From the NCBI GenBank assembly GCA_000708835.1, contig DF236952.1, forward strand, positions 372,001 through 436,000: 64,000 bases of DNA, read 5' to 3'. Of this stretch, positions 47,301 to 59,178 are shown piece after piece. Below the pieces are notes generated by a model. The model saw nothing but the letters and a program-made list of their open reading frames with translations, was not told the DNA's origin and made no database searches. A program made the translations under genes and the position numbers. Source of the DNA: Klebsormidium nitens (Eukaryota > Plantae > Klebsormidiophyceae). Within the stretch, counting starts at the first letter, position 1. Every line of letters begins with the position of its first letter.

Positions 47301-50300
47301 GGACTTTGGCTTTCGACAGGTTGGATGCGCCTTCGCCGTAGGAAACGAGGCCGTACTGGGCCTGCGCATTCAATAATGGAGATGCAATTTCAACAACCAG
47401 AGTCCGTGGATCGGAAATCTACTCGTGTCTGCCACGCAATGTTCGGAAGCAGGTCGGCTTGGGTTTCAGCATCTCGAAGGCGCCCTGCCGTAGAATGAAA
47501 CGACTCATTGGGCCTGCGAAACCGGTACTCAGAATGTTAAGACCACCAGGGACATCTAACTTGTGCAGAGCTAAGGTCGTCTGCCCAGCGCTCTTACGAT
47601 AAACAAGGTCTTTGTTGCTTCAAGCGTCTTGAGGCGCCCGGATCGTTGAAGACCAGGCCTGACTTGAACTTGCAAAGAACAAGAACGAGGCCGAGACGCG
47701 CTTCGCCTGAAACTAAAGTGCCAATGATGGGACCGCAAGATGCAGCTCGCGAGCAAAATAGTCGTTCAGGCCTATGAAGCGCCCAGAAAACAATGGATGC
47801 CTCAATAACGTCCCAAAATCTATTCATGTGGTCCATGTGTAGTCCTCAAAATGGGGGCCGTGCTTGGGACCTTTCTCACGGAGGAGCAGACCCACCTCAG
47901 TTAGTCTCCGGTAGTCCGTAGTGGACCCGATCTCGTGGACAACGCACCGCTGCTTGAGGGTTTCGATGAAGGGAAGGAAGAGCTGCCGCTGCAGCCCTCC
48001 TTCGTACAGCCGGTCAGGCGCACGGTTCGACGTCGATACGAGAACCTGTCAAATCAGCGGCCAAATTGGAACTAAAAGATCCGCACACTTTTTGGCGTCA
48101 AAACCTTGGATAATATTGCAAGGGGGAAGCGGCTTCGGCAACCTTCCGAAGAGCCGGTCAGAGGCACGCTGCGACGTTGATACGACAGGGTATTGAGAAA
48201 CGGCCAGGTTATTCTGGTCAGATCAGCGCAGCAAGCCTCCGTAGATTAGGTCAGGCGCACGGTCCGACGTTGATACCAACAGATTGTTGCTTAGCAGCCA
48301 GAGTGATTGGGTGAAATGTCCCAGCGCAATCTCAAGTGGTCAGGAATTTGCTTCGATCGTCGGACAGCGGCCAAGTCGACCTAAAGACAAGAATTTCAAG
48401 GCTTGATGTCAGAAAGCTGGCCGTGTGCAGATTCAAGAACCTTTTCAATTCACCATTTGGGACCAGCAGTACCGAAAGTTGGAAATTCGTAACGGAACAT
48501 ACTCCATCTGAGGATCTTTCTTGGCGATTTGATGCGACGGTTCGCCTGATCGTTCATTTCACCGTTGTCGACGTTCAGTGCAAAGAGTTAAGAATATTCA
48601 TGCACCAAGTGCGCTCGTGCACAGGTGGCAGTAAGAGAAGATCCTCCGATCGCTTTCAATCAGAAAGTGCCATCCCCAATTGGTTTTTGCAATCTCTTGC
48701 ATGCGTGCTGCTGGGGAGAACCCCAACGGCGTGATTTGTCCACCTCAGAGCGGAAACGGCGCATTGAAATGACGAATTCACGGACTAGAGCGGGCAGGAC
48801 CAAAATCGTTACTGCTCTCGCAACCTTTCTCGAAGCTGCACCAACAAGCTGTCAAAGGCAAAAGGTGAAGAGAGAGAGGCGACTCACCAGGCCTTTCGAG
48901 AAGAGGTGCTGGAAGAGCCGGTTGAGTATCATAGCGTCGGCAACATCCGTCACCTGCGAAGAGGACAATAGGTTCTTCTGCCTGGCCGAAGACAACACAG
49001 CTCTGTACTAGGAAAAAGAGTTTGCCCACGCGTCGTCAAACGTGAAAGTGTCCTTTCATCATGGCTTGATGTAAGGTCAACGTTCCAGGAAAATGACAGA
49101 CAAAGCTTTTTTGCCCAGAGCAAGGAATGGATTCTTGTCAATCGCATCTCACCAGGCTTTCAGATTTTAACTTGGAAATCACGGTGACACTTCATCATCC
49201 TCACTCGCTGCAATCTCCGTTTCGATGGTTTATCAAGGAAATAAACGTAATTTGAAAGCGGCTTAAAAGGCCCGGGGACAAGGGAAAGATCCGCATACGA
49301 GGACTATGGCGACAGTGGCAGTGACTTTGAAGGAGCCTTACCATAAACTCGTCCAAACACAGGAGCTTAATGTCTGCAGTGACTTGCGTGGCAACCGCCT
49401 CGAGCGGGTCTGGCAGCGACCGAAGCTTCTGTTCAGGAAAGAGTAACAAGAGCGGGGTGAGATAGACGGCCCAACGGTTCGATGATTGGGAATGATAGCT
49501 TTCATGGATGAGAGGAGTAATAACACTTGGATTCAAATCTAATCAGATTCAAGCGAGCCTAGTACGCTCACGGGCCCACATGTGCCCAAATCTGATTCGA
49601 GGAGGAACAAGCGCTGTTCAAGATCGCAAAGTTCTCCACAACCAATGGCAAATTATCGTCGGGTACTATATCTGCGTTCAATACTTTGTCTCTGGAATCT
49701 ACCCATTTTGGTACGGAGTGAACAAAGATAACTTATATGCGAGAATGTTGCTGAATTAAGTCAACACACTTTACCCTATTCTCGAACCAGCAACTGAGGG
49801 CAATACCGGGGTTGGTCTATAGTTCGAAGCTTCCAACAGCCCAGGAGCGGAAGAAAGAGAAAAAAGCAGGAATGGAGGTTTCATTTGACCGAATGGACTT
49901 TGCAAAGCAAAGATATGGGTGAGATTCCGCGAACCTCATGATTGCGGTGCAAACGGTTCGATCTGATGAGCCTCGTCATTGTTTGCAAACCATTTGACCC
50001 GTGCTTACCTGCAACCTCCCATGTACATCCAGCATAAAATCGTGAAAGTGTATTCTTGTCTTCGCAATGCTTTCTGGCCTGCGCGCGAAACAAGAGCCCA
50101 GCCTCAGAAAGCAGGTAAGGCAAGGACCGAAAGCAGTTGATAACAAGATGCTGAGTATCCGTTTCCGTGAACAAATAGTTGCAGACCCAACGAGCACGTC
50201 CAGGCATCTGTTGCAAAGCCTTAAAGTTGATTGGACGGGGGAGTCAATTGATTGGAACTCACAGTTCTTTGTAAAACATGTCCATCAGCATAGTCTTCCT

Positions 50301-52185
50301 GCATGCACAAAAAGAGAAGTTGCCGGTAAGTTACATGGATTGTATGCCTATTATTGGTTTTTGGTGGTAGCGAGTCCAGAATGTTAGAACCTCAAGGCCT
50401 TTAGATCTGATCTAATACTAGAGCAGGCTGTTCATTTGATTGAGTGACTGAACGTTAGATGGTCAATTGATTGAACAATTGAAAGAACTTGCTTGACTAA
50501 GTAGTGCTTGAACAAACAAAATCGTGACTGAACAAACGACAAATTCTTTGATTGATCAATCTTCATCACCACGACTGGAGAATGCTCTTTCTCAACAAGT
50601 GTCAATCAAGGGATCAAACGTCGGACTAATCACGTACCCCTGTGACATAATCCCCAAAATCGACAATTGAATCCGATGCTTCTCCTGGAAGCTTAGTCGT
50701 AGTGCCCCTTACCCTGTTCCAACACCACCATACAAATATAGGCCTCGCATTGGGACTGCGCCCGACCGGTGCGATAGGCCAACCAAGCGAGACCACCAGT
50801 TATCCCGACTGCACAAAGCATTGGAATAAGATCAATCCAGATCATGGGGCATGGAAAACGTCAGAAGCTAGTTAGCTTTGGAAAATTATTGCCTCCAGAT
50901 CAGTCTTGCCAGGGCAGATTGATTTGTTGTTGCTGTATCAAGGACCAACTCTCAACAAGGGAAACCATTGACAGATAAACGATATTTTCGGTTAATGGAA
51001 ATCAAGCAACTAATAGGCGATCTGATAGGGGGTGACACGTGTCAGAAACACTACCTGTCGCTTCCATAGTTCCTGCCCTCCGGCCGCTGATCTACCATGT
51101 CAACAAGCTCCTCATACAGATTCTGAAGGAGGACGAGAGCAGCCTCCTGCATACCATCAATTCATCAGAGCATCAGCATAAACGCAGCTACATTAGTACA
51201 TGCTCTGAAGGTGCCAATCAAGGAATCAACGACCAATGACAAGTTCCACTAGACCTTGAACAAGGACATGTCTGCACACATGGTTGAAGCTGGGGGCTAC
51301 TATGAATGTGCGTGCATCACACCTGATGATCGTCTTCATTCATCACCCCTCCTTCCACCAGCTTCTGGTAGGCAGCAATAGGGCCAGGTCTGATTTCATA
51401 TTCTGGTGGAATCTCAGCATCTGCACATAAGCCAACCGTGTCAGCTCAGGTGGAGAAGCTGAAACAAGGAGTCTTATCGTTAGGCTACAGAAATACTTTG
51501 CAACTGGATGTAAGAGGCTTCAAACCAGACCCCTTCAAAGGAGCTTCGTTGTTTGGGGCTGAGTTTGATCGGCCATACAATATCAGCTCGGGCATCCCAA
51601 ACATGATAGCATTGCTTATGGAGATTACGTCATGGCCCAACGAGGGGCTATGTGTGTTGTACCATTGTGCACTGTAACAAGGATGTCAATACCCCATACC
51701 TCAACCGTCAAACAAATACTGGTTGATCAGGTCCCTAGAAGAAAGAAGTGAGCAATGCAGGACATGCCGCCCTTTTCACGAATTTTGCAATTCAAACCCT
51801 AAAATCTCATATTTGTGAAGGCCTTCACCAAAATGGACCAAACCAGACATTCATCAACGATGCGTGTAGAGACTTCTGAGAGCAGAGGAGACAGCTTACA
51901 CTGTGCATGCGAGCTGAAGCCTCTCTGCTGGCTTGCTGCACACATGGTTGCCAGGCTGGGAACCGCAGGGTACTGCACATGGGTCGAGGCTGACTTAGGC
52001 AACCTGCCCGACGTGCTGCACCCATCTTCCAGCCCTGCAGTATGCATCTCCTCAGACCTAGGAATCTCAGCAAAGGACCCCACATCCACCCTCTGCAAAC
52101 CGTTGCCCGTCGTCTGTGCCGAGGCTATAACCCGGCACAGCCTCGCCGCTCCCACTGCTCGATTGGCCCATGTCGCCACCTGCAT
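44385..52185 (-). CDS. AFG1L: AFG1/LACE1 (ZapE-family) ATPase, probably organelle-targeted, 13 exons, 526 aa
   Basis: Exons complement(51900..52185, 51323..51420, 51055..51146, 50713..50808, 50263..50298, 50009..50078, 49342..49428, 48888..48953, 47896..48045, 46657..46876, 45852..45940, 45074..45258, 44385..44490) = 1581 nt, open. Motifs: RGLYLYGGVGTGKTMLMDMF (Walker A), RIHFHDFMLDVH, LLCLDEFMVTDVADAMIL (Walker B), STSNRAPDRLYEGGLQR, DYR, LCDMPLGAADY, AYRFATLVDVMYE, GFAKDRIISRLTEMQS. The start codon is tentative. Confidence 0.92.
46940..47520 (-). repeat. Four acceptor-side echoes of AFG1 exon 10
   Basis: GCAG|GCCCA... copies with acceptors at 47047, 47202, 47362 and 47514, versus the real one at 46877. 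The nearest copy retains ~33 almost identical codons and then hits TGA. Confidence 0.92.
48130..48300 (-). repeat. Two decayed echoes of the start of AFG1 exon 9
   Basis: ggtcag.g.cacg.t.cgacgttgatac at ~48155-48185 and ~48250-48280 copy 48012-48040. Confidence 0.8.
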
Positions 52186-52604
52186 GGCGGCCTCCTTCTC
52201 AGAAAGCCAGGCTCCGTCAGCTCCAACGACTTGTGGCCTCCCAGACTCTGCCCTTGCTGCTACACCACCTTAAAAGTATAAGCGTTCTCGCGCCCTGAGG
52301 CAATTGAGCCATTGAAGTTGCGATTTCCTCTCCTCCCTTCAACGCTGCCATGGCATGATGATGGCGCCTAGCTGCGCGTGCTGACGGGGCACAAGTCACG
52401 TAAAGTTGCATGACTCAGCGAGAAGCAGCATTAGGGTTCTGGAATTTAGGGTTTGCAAAAGCGTACAGGTTGGGTTTAGACCTTGATTACGGGCTGGTCA
52501 TCCAAACCCCCTTCAAACCCCTTGTAACTCTGGCCCAGCTTCGCAAAAGTGAACATTGCTGGCCGGCACCTTCTTCGTTTTGCTTGGATCTCTGACAGGG
52601 CTAG
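52186..52604. promoter_or_regulatory. Short (~420 bp) interval between divergent AFG1 and PRCP start codons; probable bidirectional promoter
   Basis: Inferred from gene orientation only. No motif assignment. Confidence 0.45.
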
Positions 52605-55600
52605 ATGGAGCTCCTTCCAACGGCGCCTTGTGTGCTGGCTTTCCTCCTCATCTTGGCCTTATGTACGCAGGGCGATGCCACCCAGGGAATTGGCCACCTC
52701 AGGATTCCCAGGGTTCGCAGGGACGCCAGCCTTGGTTCGCAATTGACAGGCAGTCAGAGTAATGCACCCTACTCATATCGCACTGAATACTACAGTCAGA
52801 CGTTGGATCACTTCGCCTTCACACCTGAAGCCACCTCCACATTTCAGCAGCGGTACCTGATCAACGATGAACACTGGCTGAAGGAAGGGCATGGCCCAAT
52901 CTTTGTGTACATGGGAAATGAGGGGTACATTGACTGGTGAGGTTGTGCTCCCTGGTGAGGTGTTAGAATCTGAGTGCAATAGAACCGGTTGATGGTGTGG
53001 TTGTATTCAAGCAACCTGCTATAGCAAGAGGCTTTTATTTATATAGTCCCAATCTTGTACAATAACTTGAAGGAGGAGCGAGAGCTTGCTTGATGCGCAA
53101 CTACAAATCGACAAATTAATGTGTCGATTGATTCAAACATTTCTGAAGTCAAGGCTCACAATCAGTACGTTGTGACCACGATGGGAATATCTGAATGTTT
53201 ATAAGCTAGTGTCATTTGATTGAGAGGTGTCTTGTCTTCTGAATCGCTCATCGGGCCAACTGCACACTCTACCTATTTGATATCAAAAGCCTTTGATGTC
53301 AGTGGGAATGTGCTAAATCTCCAATATATGATTGTCGAGTCAACTACTCCAGAAAACTTGTTAAAACATACTGCGGTGGCCATCCACATGTGCCAGCTTC
53401 CAATGTCTGCTTCTCTTTTGCTATGCGCTCATGCAGGGTATCAAGGGGGCTGCAGGAGCCCTTTGGTCAGTGCGTCCATTGAAACCTTCAGTATTTCATC
53501 TTTGGACCCTGCAGGTTTGCAAACAATACTGGATTCTTGTGGGATATTGCTCCCGAATTTGGTGCCCTGTTGGTATTCCCTGAGCATCGGTGAGTATCTA
53601 GTGTGGCTTTCTGTTTAAGATGGACTCGAACACCTAAGAAAATAATATACTCAAGATCCTTATAGATCACTGGAAGGATTTCAGCAGCAGTATCCTGGCC
53701 CAGTACTTCAAAATTTCATGAACACTAACTAGTTGTTTGATTGGTCAAAGAGTGACACCAGATATTTGGAGAATACAATCTGATTTTCAATCCCGAAGTA
53801 GAACGTCTGGCCGTTGCGCTTTAGCCTGTTGCCATGTCCAGCAGTTCCAGAAATTTTCATTGCACTCCTAGAGGATGTCTCTTTGGGAAGGACTGAGGTT
53901 TGCCTCAAAAATGCAGATACTACGGGGAGTCAATGCCCTTTGGGAGTCAGGAAGCTGCGTACAGGAACGCTTCCACGCTGGGGTACTTGAGCTCAGAGCA
54001 AGCCTTGGCTGACTACGCAACGCTCATTGTGGATCTGAAGAGGAACCTCAGCGCAGGGAACTCGTCTGTGGTTGTCTTTGGCGGATCATATGGTGGCAGT
54101 AAGTTGATCCTGATCTCTTCTGAGACCTGCGGTTCCTCTTGCTCGAGACTGATAAAACCACAGGTAGTCAAAAGATACATAGACATCAATGAGCAATTCG
54201 GACATACGGGTTCAATCTTGTGTAGGTGCACTTCGAAATGGACTTTTTGCACGTTGCTGTGTTCTTGTACGGGAATAACACCTCCCATAACCAACGATTT
54301 GATCAAGAAAAGAGACAACACTTTCCAGCTTCGACCCTCCTCAAAGCAACGGCTGCCAATGCAGTGCTGGCCGCATGGTTCCGCATCAAGTACCCCCACA
54401 TCGCCTGTGGTGCCGTTGCCTCGTCTGCCCCCATCCTCGAGTTCGATGACGTCGTCCCTCTCGACTCCTTCTACCACATTGTGTCTGAAGACTTTAAGGT
54501 GTGGTTGCCTTAACGGACGGGATCTACTCACTTTTGCTTACAGCTCTGAACCCTGTCTTAAGAAGTATTATGTTACATACTCTGAACCCTGTCTTAAGAA
54601 GTATTATGTTACATACTCTGAACCCTGTCTTAAGAAGTATTTTGTTGCATATTGTACTGTCAAAACGGCGTCCTCTTGATGCCATCACGTCACGTCGTTA
54701 TAGACGATCCTGTATCAAGTCGACTCTTGCAAGGTTCGGTCCGTGACTGGCTGCATTTGTCCTTTCAGGTCGTCGCACCCCCTCATAATCACAGTCTTGC
54801 CCGCATCTCCTTTTCTCTCTCTCTCATTGTCGACCTCTCAGCAATTTTACTGCGGAGGTCAGAAGTGTAAACTTGACTCGGCCATCCACTTCAATCCTTG
54901 GCGCCAAGCACGTTGTCCGTCTTTGAAACCAACGTACTTCTTGTTGGGTGTACGGAATGAATCACACAAGGCGTCTCCTTCATGGTACCTCGCTAGCCAA
55001 TCCAAGCCGTTCCGAACGTACTTCTTGGTGGAAGTAGCTGCCTGAAAGCCGAAGCCGAATGATCGCCGGTTGCTTGAAAAGGAAAATCAGGGCGTAAAAT
55101 GAAACGGGCAGAATGAAAAGAAACGTAGAAGGCCAAGATGTGGCTATTTCCAGCGTCCATCGAATCTATTCTCAAGAAAAGGAACGTTAAATGAGGACGG
55201 TATGACAGGAGGAGATTTGAGCGCCCGTGCTTTGCTTTGCAGCGGGAGAGCGTTTCGTGCTTCGAGACGATCAAGGCCTCTTGGGACGTCATTGATCAGG
55301 TCGCAGCGTCGCCGGCAAACGGTCTTCTCAAACTTGGAGAGGTCTTCCGACTCTGCCGGTAAGCCAGCATGCTATTCCCAGAGTAGCTACAGTCCTGGTA
55401 TGGCCCTCCGATTCTCACGAGCTTTGAAACTTCTGTTCTCACAAGCTTACAGTCATTGATTTTCGCCCAGAGAGGCGAGCAGGAACGCATTTTGAGCGTT
55501 ACGTAGTCATCCCTATTAGACAGGTTTCGGCGGCTTTCTTGCAGAAGCCGTGAGAGAGTACTCGGGATTCATCACGAGGGAAAGGTCGTGCGCGAGATGG

Positions 55601-58600
55601 ATTTGGCTTAAGGAGAAGCTTGTCTTACCTGCAAACCGTGGCACACGCCCGTTGTTCGCCGATCCTCGGCACGTCACTGCCGAACAAGAACTTCTTTGGA
55701 GAAACGACGCCCGATGGAAGAGCCATAGAAGTGAACGACTGGATCTGGCATCTCTTCCGAACCCTTTGCAAGGCTCATCTCGGCGAAAACGCCCAGCCCA
55801 ACTCTGAGTGTCCTTTAAACAGTGTCTATGAGCGACATTCACCAGCGTTTCTTGTGTGTTACAGGACGCCTGAGTCTGCGGAGGAAGTGAAGGACTGGCT
55901 GAGCGAGGCATATGCCAACCTGGCAATGGTTGACTACCCCTCCCCCGCCGCGTTCTTGGCTCCGCTCCCGGCTTGGCCGATCAGGGAGGTGAGGCTTCGA
56001 TCGATTAAGCTCGAGCATCTTGAAAGGATTCAACTTGAGGAGTATTCGGAGGCAGACGCTGACCCAGGGTGGACACAATATCCTGATTCTCAGTCTTGGA
56101 GACGAGATGGAGATTTTTCAGCTTTCGAGTATCTGCGCCATTTCGTAGGGCGCGTCGACGGAAGAAAGCAGCGTCCACGGGTTATTCAGCCCAGAGCAGC
56201 TCTGTCGAATTCCAAACCAACAAAGTTACTGTCACAAAACGAAGCGATTATATAGTGTTCAAGTCGATGATAGAAAAAGTTGAGATCTGACACCGAGCCC
56301 GTCTCAGCGCGTGTGGCGGCGTATCAGGGAGGCCTCCAGAACTCCGAGCAACTGGATAGAACGAATCACGAGTCTCCTGCGCGTCTTGAGAGTGCAACTG
56401 TCAGATCCTGGATGCATAACAATCCCATCTCAAAGGCACTTCGGAAGCGCGCTGATTTTCAGACTGCTTTCCGTTCTGGCAGGTTTGTCGTCAGATGGAT
56501 GGGGCCCCCGCAGGCTCGAGCCTCCTGGAGCGGATTTACGCTGGCGCAAACGTGTACTTCAACTACTCGGGAGACGCCACGTGTTTCGAGATCGGGGCGG
56601 ACCCGCACGGGGAGAACGGCTGGAACTACCAGGTGCGCAGAGGCCGCCGTGTGACGCAGAGGCACTGCCGCCTTTCCGTTACTTGTGCTTTGGACTCATG
56701 TCTGGCCGCTCGAGGTTCCGAAGCAACGCGTCCTTAGGAGGACGCGTGATCTAAAGGCGCTCTCAAGGTGTCTCGATCATGCCCTTTTTCAGGGTCTTGT
56801 TGTCGCGGCTTTGTTTTTTCGAAGTTCCAGGCTTTCGCGCATACATTCGTCCGAAGTTGGAGAGCAGTGGGGCTGGCCATCTGCAAAGTCAACAGGCTGC
56901 ACAAGAACAGGTCAACATTGGACGTCGCTTTTGCTTCGCATTAGTAGCCTGACTTCTTATGCGGTTAGCTCATACTCGTACTTAAGAACGAAGGCGTACC
57001 CCAACCGCAACTATCTTGTGATGTTTCCCGGGGTTGCACCAACCTGGTGACGAGCAGCAACGAAAATTTTCAGCAAACCGAACGACAATGTGTTCAAGGG
57101 TCCGGTTGGGTTCCAGTAGCTAATCAATCTTAGATGCATGAAGTCATCTTCGAAGTCGAAGAGACATTGAAATCCCTGAACCCTGTAGAATCTCGATATA
57201 TTCTATTGTTCGCAGGGAGGCGCCGTCCTCCCTGCGCTGTGAAGTTTGCTTGCAGAGCGACAGATTGAAAGATCTGGCGCGAAGATGCAGCTCTTTGAGC
57301 TGCAAAAACGGGTCAGTAATCTCGTTAGCAGAGAACCGTGATTCTCGATTAACTACGAACGTCGAGAATTCGCAAATATGTTCTATTGTTCGCTTGGCAG
57401 GCGTGCACCGAGATGGTGATGCCTATGTCCAGCAACGCGAGCAACAGCATGTTCGAGGCGTCGGAGTGGGACCTCCCCGCGTTCGTCAAGTCGTGCCAAG
57501 ACCAGTTCGGCGTGACGCCGCGGCCGAACTGGGTGCTCACAGAATACGGCGGCAGAGTAATGCTGACTGCGCTTCTTATCACACCAAGGTCACATAGTGG
57601 TGGTTTTTCTGGTCACACATCCCGGTCACTTTTCTGGTGACACCTCGAATCCCTATTCTGGTACTTTTGTGGTCACTCTCTGGTTAAACTTCTGGTCAAT
57701 TTCTCTGATCACGAGGCACTTGTGTCTTGAGAAACTTTCCGCTTCGTCGGGTGATGGCGGATGTTTTTCGAAGCTGATTCAGTGCTCATAAACGCTTTTC
57801 TTATTCCGCCGCCCGTCTCGTCGGCACTGGAAGGATTTAATTGGTCATCGGGGTTTTCTCAAAGTTTGAAGAGCAGCCTCTACGTTAAAAGCCGTTGCAG
57901 ACGAGGGCGCAATATTGTATTCGCGAAGTCAATCATTCAAGTTGGATTCCCTGTAAGGAGACGACCTTTGAGACGGTCGCGTTTCCCGGCTCAACCGCAA
58001 ACTCCTGCCGGGTGACGTCATCGGCAGCGGATGCTGACGTGATCAGAGCACCCCTCGTGCAGGACGTGCAAACCGTGCTTCGCTATTCGGCGAGCAACAT
58101 TGTTTTCTCCAACGGCGACCTGGATCCTTGGAGCGGCGGAGGGTGGGTCGCCCTCCTTCCTGCACTCCTTTATGTTGACCGGTCCTTTGATCCCGCGTTT
58201 TCAGCACACCACTTGCCCTGCTCCATGTCTGGCTGAATCCTTGCATGATCGTAAGCTGTGTTTCAACAGTCGTACCTTTTGGGTGCTATCAAAACCAACT
58301 GTTCTGTCCGGGAGCCAAAGACAGCCTCTTCTCAACAGCCAGACTCTTGAGTGACGTCACTAGCACCGCGACGGAAGTCTGACCATGCACGTTTCCATCC
58401 CGCTCTTGCAGCGTGTTGGAAGACATTTCCAGTACCATCCATGCTGTCAAGATCAAGGACGGTAAGCGCTTCTTCCTCTTCCATTTCACAAGATTTGCTG
58501 CCCTACCTTGTCATGGTGCGGAAGACTTGGCTCTGTTCGTGTGTCCGTCCACTTTCTGTTCAAATGGCCACGAGAAATCTTCTAAGCTGCTCGGCTCGAG

Positions 58601-59178
58601 GATCTGGTTCCCTTATTGTGCAAGTGTTGCCTGCGTTTCACTCTAAGGCGCCTCGGAACGTGCTTCCAACGTCATCGAAGTCACTCTTCTGACAATCGTC
58701 GGGGCCATTGCGCATTTCATGTAGGTGCTTGTGGTTTAGTACGTCGTCAGAGCATAAAAGAAAGGTCTTTTTACCCCCTGGCAGACGACATCCTCTCCCT
58801 TACAGGACATTCTTCTTTGTTTGTTTCTTCAATATTAAAATTTCATTAGGAGTTGTTTACAATCTAGTAATCTGTGCCAAAAACTCTGCAACAGGCGCGC
58901 ACCACTTGGATTTCCGAGCGGCTCTGCCGGACGACCCGCCTTCCCTCATAGCAGCCCGAAAGACGGAGAAGGCATACATCGCAAAGTGGGTTTCGCAGCG
59001 GCGAGAGTCTAGCAGGAGCGGGGTCTTCTTTGGGCCAAGACTCGCAATTTTTCTGGCCGGGTCAGCTGCTATCTTGTTCGGGGCGATCGGCATGCTCTTG
59101 GGGGCGTTGGGCGCTCGTGAGTATGTCAAGAGAGAGCAAAGCTCGAGAGCAGGTTACAGGAGTTTACAAGGTGTTTAG
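52605..59178 (+). CDS. PRCP: Lysosomal-type Pro-X carboxypeptidase (serine peptidase S28) with signal peptide and C-terminal transmembrane tail, 11 exons, 560 aa
   Basis: Exons 52605..52936, 53515..53589, 53917..54098, 54365..54498, 55243..55358, 55865..55988, 56483..56632, 57401..57556, 58063..58142, 58412..58461, 58895..59178 = 1683 nt, open. Motifs: [56 protein letters not shown] (catalytic Ser), [32 protein letters not shown] (Asp), GAHHLD (His). Confidence 0.93.
54544..54651 (+). repeat. 36-bp tandem repeat x3 in PRCP intron 4
   Basis: ctctgaaccctgtcttaagaagtattatgttacata starts at 54544, 54580 and 54616. The first two copies are identical. Confidence 0.95.

Noticed and set aside
57590-57720. 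Degenerate ttctggtcac short-unit array in a PRCP intron
   Set aside because: Low-complexity minisatellite with no evidence of function.
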